Source: Tagaea sp.
Lineage (GTDB): Bacteria; Pseudomonadota; Alphaproteobacteria; CACIAM-22H2
Direction of reading: 5' to 3'
NCBI GenBank assembly: GCA_965279525.1
Contig: CBDIIB010000004.1
Coordinates: 928,001-992,000 of the forward strand
Length of the DNA: 64,000 nt
The position numbers and the translations under genes were made by a program. The notes beneath the pieces were generated by a model. That model was not told the DNA's origin. It ran no database searches and worked only from the letters and a program-made list of their open reading frames with translations. The stretch's first letter is position 1. Every line of letters begins with the position of its first letter. Below are positions 30,299-42,340 of this stretch, piece after piece.

Positions 30299-31225
30299 CT
30301 ACTTCCGCCGCATTCCCGGCATCAACCCCGGCGAAGCCCTGCGGACCTGCTCGCGCAGCATCCGTACGAAACCCTCCGCTGCCGGTGTCGACGCCCGGCC
30401 TGCGGCCCGGATGATCGAGATATCGCGGGATATCCGCGGATCCAGCAGCGGGCGTACCACGACCTGGCGGTCGCGCGCGAAAGCCCATGCGATTGCCGGC
30501 AGAACGGCAATCCCCAGCCCTGCCTCGACAAGCGCAACGGCAGTCGTCACCTGTGCGACCTCGTAGGCCGGTCGCGCCGGACGGCCCAGCGATCCGAAGC
30601 CCATCTCGACAAGTGCGCGCAGCCCGCTTTCGCGCGTCATGGCGATCAAGGGCTCGGTCGCGATGTCCGGCCAACGCACGCTGCGCCTGCGTGCCACCGC
30701 GGCGGAACGGCTGGCGAAGAGCATCAGCGTGTCCGTCATCAGCCGCTCCCGGTTGATGCCCGGCTCGCCTTCGGAGAATGTCCCGATCCCCAAGTCTGCC
30801 TCGCCTGAGCGCACCTTGTCGACGATCTGGTCGGTGCGCGCGTCGATGATCGAAATGCGGATTCCAGGATGCTTCCGGACATGGCGCTCCACGATCCGCG
30901 GCAGCATGACACTGGCAAGCAGAGGCGAGCAGGCCACGGCGACATGTCCGCGCACGCGGGCCGCGATGTCGTGCAGGCCTTGCAGTGCCGCATCGAGGTC
31001 GCCGACCATCTTGGCCGCACTCGGGAGAAACTCGCGACCTGCCAGCGAGATCTCGACGCGCCGTGTCGTCCGGTCGAAGAGCCGGAGCCCGACCTCGCGT
31101 TCCAGGTCGCGGATCATCGCCGACAGGGCCGGCTGGCTGACGCGAAGCCGGTCGGCCGCGCGCCGGAAGCTGGAAAGCTCGGCAACGGCCAGGAATGCGC
31201 GCAAGTGCTTAACGGTGACATTCAT
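30299..31225 (-). CDS. LysR family regulator
   Basis: SFRRAADRLRVSQPALS..LFDRTTR HTH; LVEAGLGI. Confidence 0.93.
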   Translation of the reverse strand: MNVTVKHLRAFLAVAELSSFRRAADRLRVSQPALSAMIRDLEREVGLRLFDRTTRRVEISLAGREFLPSAAKMVGDLDAALQGLHDIAARVRGHVAVACSPLLASVMLPRIVERHVRKHPGIRISIIDARTDQIVDKVRSGEADLGIGTFSEGEPGINRERLMTDTLMLFASRSAAVARRRSVRWPDIATEPLIAMTRESGLRALVEMGFGSLGRPARPAYEVAQVTTAVALVEAGLGIAVLPAIAWAFARDRQVVVRPLLDPRISRDISIIRAAGRASTPAAEGFVRMLREQVRRASPGLMPGMRRK

Positions 31226-31238
31226 AACAAGATATTAT
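31224..31238. promoter_or_regulatory. LysR box ATAA-N7-TTAT overlapping the LysR start codon
   Basis: ATAACAAGATATTAT T-N11-A dyad in the divergent promoter. Confidence 0.7.
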
Positions 31239-31309
31239 CAATCGATCCGAAATTTCCGTCTAGTTTTCCACTCGCGGCTCGCATCAGATAGTGCCGGAGG
31301 GAGTCCAGC

Positions 31310-33460
31310 GTGCTCGTCCGCGTATCGCCCCGTACCGCAGCACTGAAGGCCGGAACAGGCATCGCCCGCCGCCGCGTCGAGGACGACCGTCTGCTGCGTG
31401 GCGAGGGCCGGTTTGTCGCCGATCTTCGTCCGGAAGGCTGCCTCCATCTCGAGTTCGCGCGCGCTATTGCCGCCCCTGCCCGTATTGCCGCCATCGAGGT
31501 CGACCGGGCAAGTGCCTTGCCGGACGTCATGCTCGTGCTTACCGGCATCGACACCCGCGATCTCGGCCGTGCGAGCGTCAATCCGCTGGTACCGGGGCTG
31601 ACCCTCGCAGACTGGCCGGTGCTGGCCGACCGGACAGTCGGTGCCGTCGGGCAGCCCGTGGCGGCTGTCGTGGCAAGGACGGTCGAAGCCGCACGCGACG
31701 GAGCGGAGGCGATACGCATCCAACTCGAGGCGAACGGTCCGAAGATCCGGCCGGATGCGTTCACGCAGCATTGGAGCACAGGCGACGTCGACGCCGCCTT
31801 CGAACGGGCCGCCTGCATCGTCGATCTGGAAATCGTCCACGCGCGCCTGGCGCCGATGGCGCTCGAGCCACGCGCCGCACTCGCCGAATATGATGCCGAC
31901 GCGGATCTGCTGACGGTCTGGCTCTCGACGCAGACACCCCACCGTGCGCGTGCGGACCTCGCCGCCATACTGCAGCGCCCGGAGACCGGGATCCGCGTGG
32001 TCGCACCGGATGTCGGCGGTGCGTTCGGCGGCAAGGCCTCGCTCTATCCGGAAGAGGCCGCGGTCGCACTTGCCGCACTTCGGCTGCACCGGCCGGTCGC
32101 TTGGACCGCCACCCGATCGGACGAATTCCTTGCCGCAACGCATGGGCGCGGATCGACGACGCACGGCTCGCTTGCGCTCGCTGAAGACGGAACGATGCTC
32201 GGGCTGAAAGCGAGCATCGCATCGCCACTCGGGCACTGGATGTCGTATTCGGCTGTCGTGCCGGCCCGCAACGCGGCGCGCATCCTGCCCGGACCGTATC
32301 GCGTTCCGGCTGTCGCCCTGTCTGCAAACGGCAGATGCGATGCGCATGCACCTGTCGGCATCTATCGCGGCGCCGGCCGCCCGGAGGCCGCGATGCTGAT
32401 GGAGCGGCTCGTCGAAACGGCCGCCCGTGACCTCGGCATGGACCCCGCCGAGTTGCGCCGCATCAATATGGTGCGCCCGGCAGATCTCCCTGCGGCGCTG
32501 CCGGCCGGTGGCAAACTCGACTCGGGCGATTTTCCAGCACTGCTGGACGATGCGCTGCGCCTGGCCGGTTACGCGGATGCGCGCGCCCGGATCGATATGC
32601 GCCGCGCGAAAAACGAGATCTGCGGCATCGGACTGGCGCTCTACGTCGAACCGTGCGGCCAGGGCTGGGAAAGCGCCACGCTCCGCCACGACGGCGGCGG
32701 GCAGTTCACGCTCCTGACAGGTTCGACGGCGCAAGGGCAAGGGCGCGAGACGGCTTTCGCGCAGATCGCGGCCGAAGCGCTGGATGTACCTCTCGAGGCG
32801 ATCACCGTGCGCCATGGCGACACGTCGGTGTCGCCGCCTGGCATCGGCGCGCTGGCAAGCCGCTCGACCGCGATCGGCGGAAGCGCCATCGTGCGCGCGG
32901 CCGAAACCCTGATCGCTTCGCTGGGCGGGCGACCGGCAAGCGGCTGGTCGTCGGCACCTGCCGGCGAGGCCGCGATCGTCTATGAAGCCGCTGGCGAAGC
33001 CTGGAGCAGCGGCTGCTGCATCGCCTTCGTCGCGATAGACCGGGACACAGGCGCCCTGACAGTCGAGAATGTCGTCTGGGTCGACGATGCCGGGACCGTG
33101 ATCAATCCGATGCTCGTCGAGGGCCAGTTGCGTGGCGGCCTCGCCCAGGGTCTCGGCGAGGCGCTCATGGAACGGATCGTCTATGACGCCGACGGACAGC
33201 TCCTGACCGGTTCGCTGATGGACTATGCGGTTCCGCGCGCTCGCGATATTCCGCCGACCGTTCTGGCGAGCCGCTCGTCCCCTTCGCCGGCCAACCTGCT
33301 TGGCGCAAAGGGCGTGGGCGAGGCCGGCTGCATCGGCATTCCGGCGGCGATCGTCAACGCCGCCGTCGACGCGCTGGCACGATTTGGCATACGACATCTC
33401 GACATGCCGTTGAGCGCCGAGAAGCTTTGGCGTGTGATCGATTCTGGAGAAAAGCGATGA
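31310..33460 (+). CDS. Xanthine-dehydrogenase-family molybdopterin-binding subunit (CoxL-like)
   Basis: RVEDDRLLRGEG, DVGGAFGGK, YRGAGRPEA, QGQG, INPMLVEGQ..GG, KGVGE. Confidence 0.88.
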   Translation: MLVRVSPRTAALKAGTGIARRRVEDDRLLRGEGRFVADLRPEGCLHLEFARAIAAPARIAAIEVDRASALPDVMLVLTGIDTRDLGRASVNPLVPGLTLADWPVLADRTVGAVGQPVAAVVARTVEAARDGAEAIRIQLEANGPKIRPDAFTQHWSTGDVDAAFERAACIVDLEIVHARLAPMALEPRAALAEYDADADLLTVWLSTQTPHRARADLAAILQRPETGIRVVAPDVGGAFGGKASLYPEEAAVALAALRLHRPVAWTATRSDEFLAATHGRGSTTHGSLALAEDGTMLGLKASIASPLGHWMSYSAVVPARNAARILPGPYRVPAVALSANGRCDAHAPVGIYRGAGRPEAAMLMERLVETAARDLGMDPAELRRINMVRPADLPAALPAGGKLDSGDFPALLDDALRLAGYADARARIDMRRAKNEICGIGLALYVEPCGQGWESATLRHDGGGQFTLLTGSTAQGQGRETAFAQIAAEALDVPLEAITVRHGDTSVSPPGIGALASRSTAIGGSAIVRAAETLIASLGGRPASGWSSAPAGEAAIVYEAAGEAWSSGCCIAFVAIDRDTGALTVENVVWVDDAGTVINPMLVEGQLRGGLAQGLGEALMERIVYDADGQLLTGSLMDYAVPRARDIPPTVLASRSSPSPANLLGAKGVGEAGCIGIPAAIVNAAVDALARFGIRHLDMPLSAEKLWRVIDSGEKR

Positions 33461-34416
33461 TCTACAGCCGTGCGGATGCCAAGCGCCATGCGCGCGCCAA
33501 CCTCAAGGGTATCTGGGCTGCCGCCCTTACGCCGTTCAAGGCGGGCGATGGCGCGATCGACGAGGGCGGATTCCGGCGGAACATCGATCATTGGATCGGC
33601 GATCTCGGGATCGACGGCCTTTTCATCGCCGGAAAGCAGGGCGAGTTCTTTTCCATGTCGCTTGCCGAGCGCAAGCGGACCTTTGAGATCGCGGTGGACG
33701 CCGTCGGCGGCCGCGCCGGCACGATCATGTCGTGCTCGGACCAGAACATGGATGTCGTGATCGATCTGGCCCGTCACGCGCAGAAGGTCGGTGCCCAATA
33801 TATCGTCGTGCATGCGCCCGTCCTGCATTTCCTCAAGGAGCGCGACGAGACTCTGTTCGCCTACTACAGCCACATCGCCAGCCAGGTCGATATCGGCATC
33901 GCCCTGTGGAGCCATCCGGACTCGGGCTACCTGATGAGCCCGCAGCTCTGCGCCCGTCTTGCGGAGATCCCGAACGTGGTCGCCATCAAATACTCCGTTC
34001 CCCGACCGATGTACGCCGAGCTGACGCGGCTTGCAGGAGATCGGCTGATCGTGTCGACCGCGTCGGAAGAAGAATGGTTCGACAACGTCGTCGAACTCAA
34101 ATGGCAGGTTTATCTGTGTTCCAACCCGCCATTCCTTTTCCAGACGAAAGCGGACCGCCGCATGCGGGACTATACCGATCTTGCGTTTGCCGGACGGACC
34201 GGGGAGGCGCGCGCGATGCGCGACAGCCTGGAGCCGGTGCGCGAGGCGTTCCGCAAGACGCGCCCGGCCGAAAAGCCCCATGCGCATGCGAAGTACTGGC
34301 AGGATCTGCTGGGCCAGACCGGCGGCAGCGTCCGCCGCCCGATGCTGGACCTGACATCCGCCGAGAAGGACGCCATCACGCGCGCCATCGCCGATTGCGG
34401 CCTTGTTCGCGGCTGA
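33457..34416 (+). CDS. DHDPS-family protein with non-canonical active site
   Basis: LTPF, GKQGEF, WSHP, AIKYS; ATGA coupling. Confidence 0.8.
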   Translation: MIYSRADAKRHARANLKGIWAAALTPFKAGDGAIDEGGFRRNIDHWIGDLGIDGLFIAGKQGEFFSMSLAERKRTFEIAVDAVGGRAGTIMSCSDQNMDVVIDLARHAQKVGAQYIVVHAPVLHFLKERDETLFAYYSHIASQVDIGIALWSHPDSGYLMSPQLCARLAEIPNVVAIKYSVPRPMYAELTRLAGDRLIVSTASEEEWFDNVVELKWQVYLCSNPPFLFQTKADRRMRDYTDLAFAGRTGEARAMRDSLEPVREAFRKTRPAEKPHAHAKYWQDLLGQTGGSVRRPMLDLTSAEKDAITRAIADCGLVRG

Positions 34417-34434
34417 TACGGAGGGACATCACGC

Positions 34435-34995
34435 ATGCCGACGCCCATGGATCTGCCCTTCTCGAAGCCCTTCAATTTCTCGAGTTGGATCGAGGAGAAC
34501 CGCCATCTTCTCAAGCCGCCGGTCGGGAACAAGCAGCTGTTCACCGGTACGGACATGATCGCGATGGTCGTCGGCGGTCCCAATTCGCGCGTCGACTTCC
34601 ACGACGACCCGGCTGAGGAGTTCTTCCACCAGATCAAGGGCGACATGCTCCTCAAGATCGCCGACCGCGGAAAGATCTACGACTTGCCGATCCGGGAAGG
34701 CGAAGTCTTCATGCTGCCGGCCCATGTCCGCCATTCGCCGCAGCGCCCGGTTGCGGGATCGGTCGGACTCGTGGTCGAGGGGCGCCGCCGTCCGGGCGAT
34801 CGCGACGGATTCGAGTGGTTCTGTTTCGGCTGCGGAGCCCTGATCCACCGGGTCGAGATCGACCTCAAGGATATCGTCAAGGACTTGCCGCCGCTGTTCG
34901 AAGCCTTCTACGCCGACACGCATGCGCGAAGGTGCCAGGCCTGCGGCACGGTGCACCCCGGCAAGACGCCGCCGGCCGGTTGGGTAGCGGCGTGA
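34435..34995 (+). CDS. nbaC: 3-hydroxyanthranilate 3,4-dioxygenase
   Basis: LLKPPVGNK, VGGPNSRVDFH, EEFF, HSPQR, GLVVE; rubredoxin-like CFGC and CQAC. Confidence 0.9.
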   Translation: MPTPMDLPFSKPFNFSSWIEENRHLLKPPVGNKQLFTGTDMIAMVVGGPNSRVDFHDDPAEEFFHQIKGDMLLKIADRGKIYDLPIREGEVFMLPAHVRHSPQRPVAGSVGLVVEGRRRPGDRDGFEWFCFGCGALIHRVEIDLKDIVKDLPPLFEAFYADTHARRCQACGTVHPGKTPPAGWVAA

Positions 34996-35092
34996 TTCCG
35001 GATAGCGGGCATCGGCCGCGGAATTGCAAGCGGACCGATGCACGCCTACAGTCCTTCCAGATAGTTCCTCGTACCCCGGAGACTGACGCGAC

Positions 35093-36586
35093 ATGAACAG
35101 CCCGATGCGCGAACCGCAGGTCGCCGTCACCCGGTATGGGAAGCTCAAGGGCACGATCGAGAACGGGGTCGAGGCATATCGTGCCGTGCCCTACGCGATG
35201 CCGCCGACCGGCGAACGCCGCTTCCGCCCGCCGGAGCCGCCGGCCGCGTGGACGGGCGAGCGCGACGCGACCGTGCACGGGCCCGTCGCACCGCAGAACC
35301 GTTCGCGTCTCGCGATCCCGATGGGCGATTTCGTCCGGCCGCAGGGCGAAGACTGCCTGACACTGACGGTCTGGACTCCGGCCGCCGACGGGAAACGCCG
35401 TCCCGTGCTGGTCTGGCACCACGGCGGCGCTTTCGTCAGCGGTGCCGGCTCGCTCGACTGGTATTCGGGCGCAAGTCTCGCGAAGCACTGCGACGTCGTC
35501 GTCGTCGGCGTCAACTACCGGCTCGGCGTCCTCGGTTTCATGCACAAGCCGGGACTTTCGGAAACCAATCTGGGCCTGCGCGACCAGATCGCGGCACTCG
35601 AGTTCGTCCACGCCAACATCGCTTCGTTCGGCGGCGATCCCGACGCGATCTCGGTCGGCGGGCAGTCGGCCGGCGGCATGTCGGTGATGGCGCTGCTTGC
35701 GATTCCGGCCACCCGGAAATTGTTCAAGCGCGCGCTGATCCAGAGTTCGCCTTTCGGACGCGATCTGCGTTCGGTCGACGAAGCTGCGGCCACCGCCGCC
35801 AAGGTCGAGGAATTCCTCGGCATCAAGAGCGACGCACAGTGGCGCGATGCGGCCCCGGCCGACATCCTCGCCGCGCAGATGAAGACCATGATGCACCATG
35901 CCAAGTTCGCCGACGCGTCGTCGCCGTTCTGGCCCGTCGCCGACCGCGAGCTGTTCGGCGTCGACATGGCGGCATCGGCCCTCGCCGGGGCTGCCGACCG
36001 CGAAGTGATCGTCGGCTATACGCGCCACGAGTCGACGGCGTTCTTCGCCAAGAACGAACAGGTCCTCAAGGCCGACGATGCGGCCGTCGAGCGCCGGTTC
36101 CGCGACTATTTCGGCGCGGATGCAAGGGCTGCCATGGCCGAGTACGCGGCACGCACCGGCGAAACGAGCGCGGTCACGCTGCTCTCCGAGATGGTCGGTG
36201 ATGCGGCACTTGCCGCCAAGTCGATCGAGTTCTGCGACCGCCTGTCGACGATCGGCAAGCCCGCCTATGTCTACCGATTCGACTGGGCGGCACCGGGAAA
36301 TCCGTTCCGCGCGTGCCACTGCATCGAACTGCCCTTCATGTTCGATTCCCTGCCCCACTGGTCGGCTCCGATGCTTGAAGGCGGCGATCCGGCCGGCATG
36401 GCGGCATTGGCGGCACAGATGCGCGACAGCTGGGCCGCCTTCGTGAGGACAGGCAACCCCAACGTGGCCGGACTGCCGGAGTGGCCGCGCTACGATACGG
36501 CCACGCGCCGGACGATGCTGTTCGACGTTCCCTCCCGGGTCGCGGACGATCCGGCCGGGCGCAAGCGCTGGCGCTACTGGCCGTGA
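35093..36586 (+). CDS. Type-B carboxylesterase (p-nitrobenzyl esterase-like)
   Basis: EDCL, HGGAF, NYRLG, GQSAG nucleophile, ACHCIE. Confidence 0.9.
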   Translation: MNSPMREPQVAVTRYGKLKGTIENGVEAYRAVPYAMPPTGERRFRPPEPPAAWTGERDATVHGPVAPQNRSRLAIPMGDFVRPQGEDCLTLTVWTPAADGKRRPVLVWHHGGAFVSGAGSLDWYSGASLAKHCDVVVVGVNYRLGVLGFMHKPGLSETNLGLRDQIAALEFVHANIASFGGDPDAISVGGQSAGGMSVMALLAIPATRKLFKRALIQSSPFGRDLRSVDEAAATAAKVEEFLGIKSDAQWRDAAPADILAAQMKTMMHHAKFADASSPFWPVADRELFGVDMAASALAGAADREVIVGYTRHESTAFFAKNEQVLKADDAAVERRFRDYFGADARAAMAEYAARTGETSAVTLLSEMVGDAALAAKSIEFCDRLSTIGKPAYVYRFDWAAPGNPFRACHCIELPFMFDSLPHWSAPMLEGGDPAGMAALAAQMRDSWAAFVRTGNPNVAGLPEWPRYDTATRRTMLFDVPSRVADDPAGRKRWRYWP

Positions 36587-37365
36587 GCGCCGCCGCGATC
36601 TCGTTTGAAGATGTGCGCCTGACGCTCGGCGGCGACCGGATCTACGATTCGGTCGATTTTTCCGTTCGTCCGGGCGAATTCGTCTGCCTGCTCGGGCCCT
36701 CCGGATGCGGCAAGTCGACATCGCTCCGGATCATCGGGGACCTCATCGCGCCGGACTCCGGTACGGTCAAGGTTCTCGGCCGCCCGCCGAAGGAGTCGTG
36801 GTCGGATGTCGCGTTCGTCTTCCAGTCCCCGCGATTGGTTGCCTGGCGTACCGCCATTGCCAATGTCCTTCTGGGTGTTGAACTGCGCTTCGGCAAGGCC
36901 GAGGCGCGCACGCGGGCAGACAAGGCGCGCGCCCTTCTCGCGATGGTCGGACTTGCCGACAGTGCTGGAAAGTATCCGCTCATGCTGTCCGGCGGCGAGC
37001 GCCAGCGCGTCGCCATCGCGCGCGCACTCGCGGTGGATCCGACCATCGTGCTGATGGACGAGCCGTTTTCGGCACTCGATCCGAACACGCGCCGGCGGCT
37101 GCGCGGCGAGATCGAGCGCATCTGGCAGGAAACCGGAAAGACGGTGCTGTTCGTCACGCACGACATCGACGAGGCGCTGACCCTCGCCGACCGTATCGTG
37201 CTGCTTTCGAACAAGCCGACCCGGGTGCTCGAGATCGTCGACGTCCCGGCCGCGCGGCCGCGCGCGCTCAAGTCCGATCCGGCACTTGTCGCCTTGCACG
37301 AACGCCTGAATTCCCTGTTCCGCTCTCTCGAACCCGATGCTCCAACCGAGGACCCCCAGCCATGA
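36583..37365 (+). CDS. NitT/TauT family ABC ATP-binding protein
   Basis: GPSGCGKS, LSGGERQR, MDEPFSALD, THDIDEA; GTGA overlap. Confidence 0.92.
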   Translation: MSAAAISFEDVRLTLGGDRIYDSVDFSVRPGEFVCLLGPSGCGKSTSLRIIGDLIAPDSGTVKVLGRPPKESWSDVAFVFQSPRLVAWRTAIANVLLGVELRFGKAEARTRADKARALLAMVGLADSAGKYPLMLSGGERQRVAIARALAVDPTIVLMDEPFSALDPNTRRRLRGEIERIWQETGKTVLFVTHDIDEALTLADRIVLLSNKPTRVLEIVDVPAARPRALKSDPALVALHERLNSLFRSLEPDAPTEDPQP

Positions 37366-38363
37366 CCGCGATCCGTCCGACCCGCCGTGCGATCCTCGCC
37401 GGCACAGCTGCTACCCTGCTCGCCGCACCGGCCGCCCTGCGCGCGCAGACAAAGCCCAAAGTGACCTATGCGTATCTGCTCGATCCGGCCTACGACGCGG
37501 TCACGTGGGCGATCAAGAACGGCAAGGTGCGCTCCGACACGATCGACGTCGAGGCGACCGGCATGAACATCCCCACGCTCCTGCAGGTCACGGCGACCCG
37601 CCAGTACGACGTGGTGATGACCGCCGTGATCGGCGTGCCTGCGGCGATCGCACGGGGGCTGGATCTGCGCATCCTGTCGGCGGCGCTCTACACGTCGCCG
37701 GCCGGCGAAGGTGGCGGCGTGTGGGTCAACAAGGGCAGCACGCTCCGTGATCCGCGTGAACTCAAGGGAAAGACGCTCGGCTCCTACGGCCTTCGTGCGA
37801 CCGGCTACATGTTCGTGCGCGAGGCATTGGCCAAGCGCTTCGGGCTCAACATGGCGCTCGAGGGCGGCGACGTCCGCCAGGTCGAGATCGCGGCCCCCAA
37901 CCTGCCTGCCGCACTTTCGACGAACCGCGTGGAAGCCGCCACGCTGATCCACTCGCAGGCCTATCGCGCGATCGAGACGGGCGAGTACGTGAACATCTGC
38001 GAGTCTGCCGCGATCAACAACGAGATCCACGGGCGCCTCGTCTCGGCCGTCAATGTCGGTTATGCTGACCGCCTCGGCGAGCGCGCGGCGCAATTCCGCG
38101 AGTTCAACCGCCTGCTGAAGGCGTCCGTCACCTACGCACTTGCCAACCGCGACGAGGTATTCGGCGATGTTGCCAAGCAGGCCAACATCGACCGGAAGTT
38201 CTTCGACTGGTGGTTCGACCGCACGACCGACGTACCGGCCATTTTCGCCGCAGAGCATGCCTCGGCCGTGACGAAGGCCTGGAACATCGGCCTCGGCTTC
38301 GGGATGATCCAGGCCGTTCCGGCAGTCGACACGCTGACATGGGACCAGACCTTGCGGGCCTGA
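37362..38363 (+). CDS. NitT/TauT family ABC substrate-binding protein (Tat signal)
   Basis: PTRRAIL..LRA signal; ELKGKTLG; operon context. Confidence 0.82.
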   Translation: MTAIRPTRRAILAGTAATLLAAPAALRAQTKPKVTYAYLLDPAYDAVTWAIKNGKVRSDTIDVEATGMNIPTLLQVTATRQYDVVMTAVIGVPAAIARGLDLRILSAALYTSPAGEGGGVWVNKGSTLRDPRELKGKTLGSYGLRATGYMFVREALAKRFGLNMALEGGDVRQVEIAAPNLPAALSTNRVEAATLIHSQAYRAIETGEYVNICESAAINNEIHGRLVSAVNVGYADRLGERAAQFREFNRLLKASVTYALANRDEVFGDVAKQANIDRKFFDWWFDRTTDVPAIFAAEHASAVTKAWNIGLGFGMIQAVPAVDTLTWDQTLRA

Positions 38364-38367
38364 CGGC

Positions 38368-39144
38368 GTGCGCGCGAGATCCGACACGGTAAAGGCAGGC
38401 GTTGCGGCACTCTTCCTGGCAGTCCTGATGGGCGCCTGGATGATCATGGCCGCACGTCTGCCGCCTTACATGCTGCCGCCGCCGGAGCGCGTGCTTCAAG
38501 CGGCCGGCCGGTTCTTCACCTCTTCGCGCCAGCTCGGCCATCTGACGGCCACGCTGTTCAATGTCGGCACGTCGATCGTCGTGGCATTCGGACTTGGCGG
38601 CACGCTCGCCCTGCTGGCGCACTACCTGCGACCGTCGGCACCGACGATCCACGGGCGCCTCAGCCCCTTCCTGAACGCGTTTCCGGGAGTCGGCTGGACG
38701 CTGCTTGCGGTCATCTGGTTCGGCGTCTCGACGACATCGGTCGTCTTCTCGATCACCGTCGTCCTTCTGCCGTTCGCACTGGTGAACCTGCGCGAGGGTC
38801 TCGCCGCACTCGACCGGGAGATCGACGAGATGGCGCGCAGCTTTGGACGCGACGGGCGGCGCCTGTTTTTCGCGATCGTCCTGCCGGCGCTGGCACCGTT
38901 CGCCGCGGCCACCTTGCGGATCATGTTCGGCGTCGCGTGGAAGGTGACGCTGACGGCCGAACTTTTCGGCGGCAGCGAGGGGCTGGGTTACCTCATCAAC
39001 ATCGCGCGACAGGAATACGACACCGAGACTATTTTCACCGTCGTGCTGACGATCGTCGTCGCGGTCTATCTCGCCGACCGCTTCCTGTTCGCACCGATGG
39101 AGCGGGCCACCGCCCGCCAGTTCGGACTGGAACGGCGGCGATGA
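38368..39144 (+). CDS. NitT/TauT ABC permease
   Basis: LPPP, EMARSFG, AWK..AELFG. Confidence 0.88.
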   Translation: MRARSDTVKAGVAALFLAVLMGAWMIMAARLPPYMLPPPERVLQAAGRFFTSSRQLGHLTATLFNVGTSIVVAFGLGGTLALLAHYLRPSAPTIHGRLSPFLNAFPGVGWTLLAVIWFGVSTTSVVFSITVVLLPFALVNLREGLAALDREIDEMARSFGRDGRRLFFAIVLPALAPFAAATLRIMFGVAWKVTLTAELFGGSEGLGYLINIARQEYDTETIFTVVLTIVVAVYLADRFLFAPMERATARQFGLERRR

Positions 39145-39899
39145 GCTATCTCCGGCAGCCTTGGCCCGTCTGGGCCGCCAATGCCGCCGTCGCTGCGGCA
39201 CTTGGCGCATGGGCCTTTGGCGCCGGCAGCCTGCCCGAATTCGTGCTGCCCGGTCCCTTGGCGGTCGGCAAGCGGTTGGTCGCACTATTCACCGAACCGA
39301 CGTTCCTGTCGCACACGCTGGCATCGGTGACGCGGGTCCTGCTGTCCGTCGCACTTGCCCTGGCGATCGGCGGCGGGCTCGCGCTCCTCAATCGCGCCGT
39401 TCCGGCGGTCGACTGGGTGGTGCGCGGCATGGTGCTGCCGTTCTTCAGTTCGTTCCCGTCGATCGGCTGGGCGATCCTCGCCGCCATCTGGTTCCAGCCG
39501 GGCCATTTCGCGGTCGTCTTCGTGCAGGTCGCGATCCTGATCCCGTTCTGCCTGATCAACATCGCCGAGGGCCTTCGCCAGATCGACCGCGAAACGGTCG
39601 AAATGGCCGACAGTTTCACGCGCAATCGGTCGCGTATCGTCCTGTGGGTGATGGCGCCGCTGTTGCTGCCCTATGTCCTTGGCGCGTTGCGCATCGCCTA
39701 TGGCATCGCGTGGAAGATCGCACTGGTGGCGGAACTTCTGGGCGCGACGTCCGGGTTGGGATTCCTGATGCTCCAGTCGCAGGGCTCGGCCGACATGCCG
39801 ACCGTCATGGCAGCATGCGCCGCCGTTGTCCTGCTGTTCGTTGCCGGCGAAAAGCTGATCCTCGATCCGATCGCGCGGAAGTTTTCGGTTCGTGGATAA
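39141..39899 (+). CDS. NitT/TauT ABC permease
   Basis: LPGP, EMADSF, AWK..AELLG; ATGA overlap. Confidence 0.88.
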   Translation: MSYLRQPWPVWAANAAVAAALGAWAFGAGSLPEFVLPGPLAVGKRLVALFTEPTFLSHTLASVTRVLLSVALALAIGGGLALLNRAVPAVDWVVRGMVLPFFSSFPSIGWAILAAIWFQPGHFAVVFVQVAILIPFCLINIAEGLRQIDRETVEMADSFTRNRSRIVLWVMAPLLLPYVLGALRIAYGIAWKIALVAELLGATSGLGFLMLQSQGSADMPTVMAACAAVVLLFVAGEKLILDPIARKFSVRG

Positions 39900-39944
39900 T
39901 CGTAAAAAACGATAATTATATTTAATACTATCGATTTTCTAGAA
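39899..39944. promoter_or_regulatory. AT-rich OxyR/LysR-like site upstream of katG
   Basis: ATCG-N7-CGAT (39899-39913) plus ATCG-N7-AGAA (39930-39944), resembling ATAG-N7-CTAT repeats. Confidence 0.5.
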
Positions 39945-40001
39945 TTTGTTTTCTGGAATACCTTCGCGACAGGTCGATACGGCTTAAAGAAGTCGCATTG
40001 A

Positions 40002-42239
<2,238 letters not shown>

Positions 42240-42263
42240 TCGGAAAGCAGCTCGCTAGGACGC

Positions 42264-42300
42264 AGGGGACTTCGTGGCCACCCGCCATGAAGTCCCCTTT
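42264..42300 (+). terminator. Intrinsic terminator of katG
   Basis: GGGGACTTCGTGGC-CACCC-GCCATGAAGTCCCC-TTT. Confidence 0.8.
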
Positions 42301-42305
42301 CGGCC

Positions 42306-42334
42306 TTGACTCTATATTTTATAAAAAATAATTT
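42306..42334 (+). promoter_or_regulatory. Sigma70 promoter TTGACT-N17-TAATTT with a palindromic operator in the spacer
   Basis: Near-perfect dyad TATATTTTATAAAAAATA at 42313-42330; -10 element ends at 42334, ATG at 42341. Confidence 0.7.
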
Positions 42335-42340
42335 AAGGCG

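Noticed and set aside
31310-33460. Aerobic CO dehydrogenase
   Set aside because: Active-site loop is YRGAGR, not AYxCSFR; no coxMS or accessory genes
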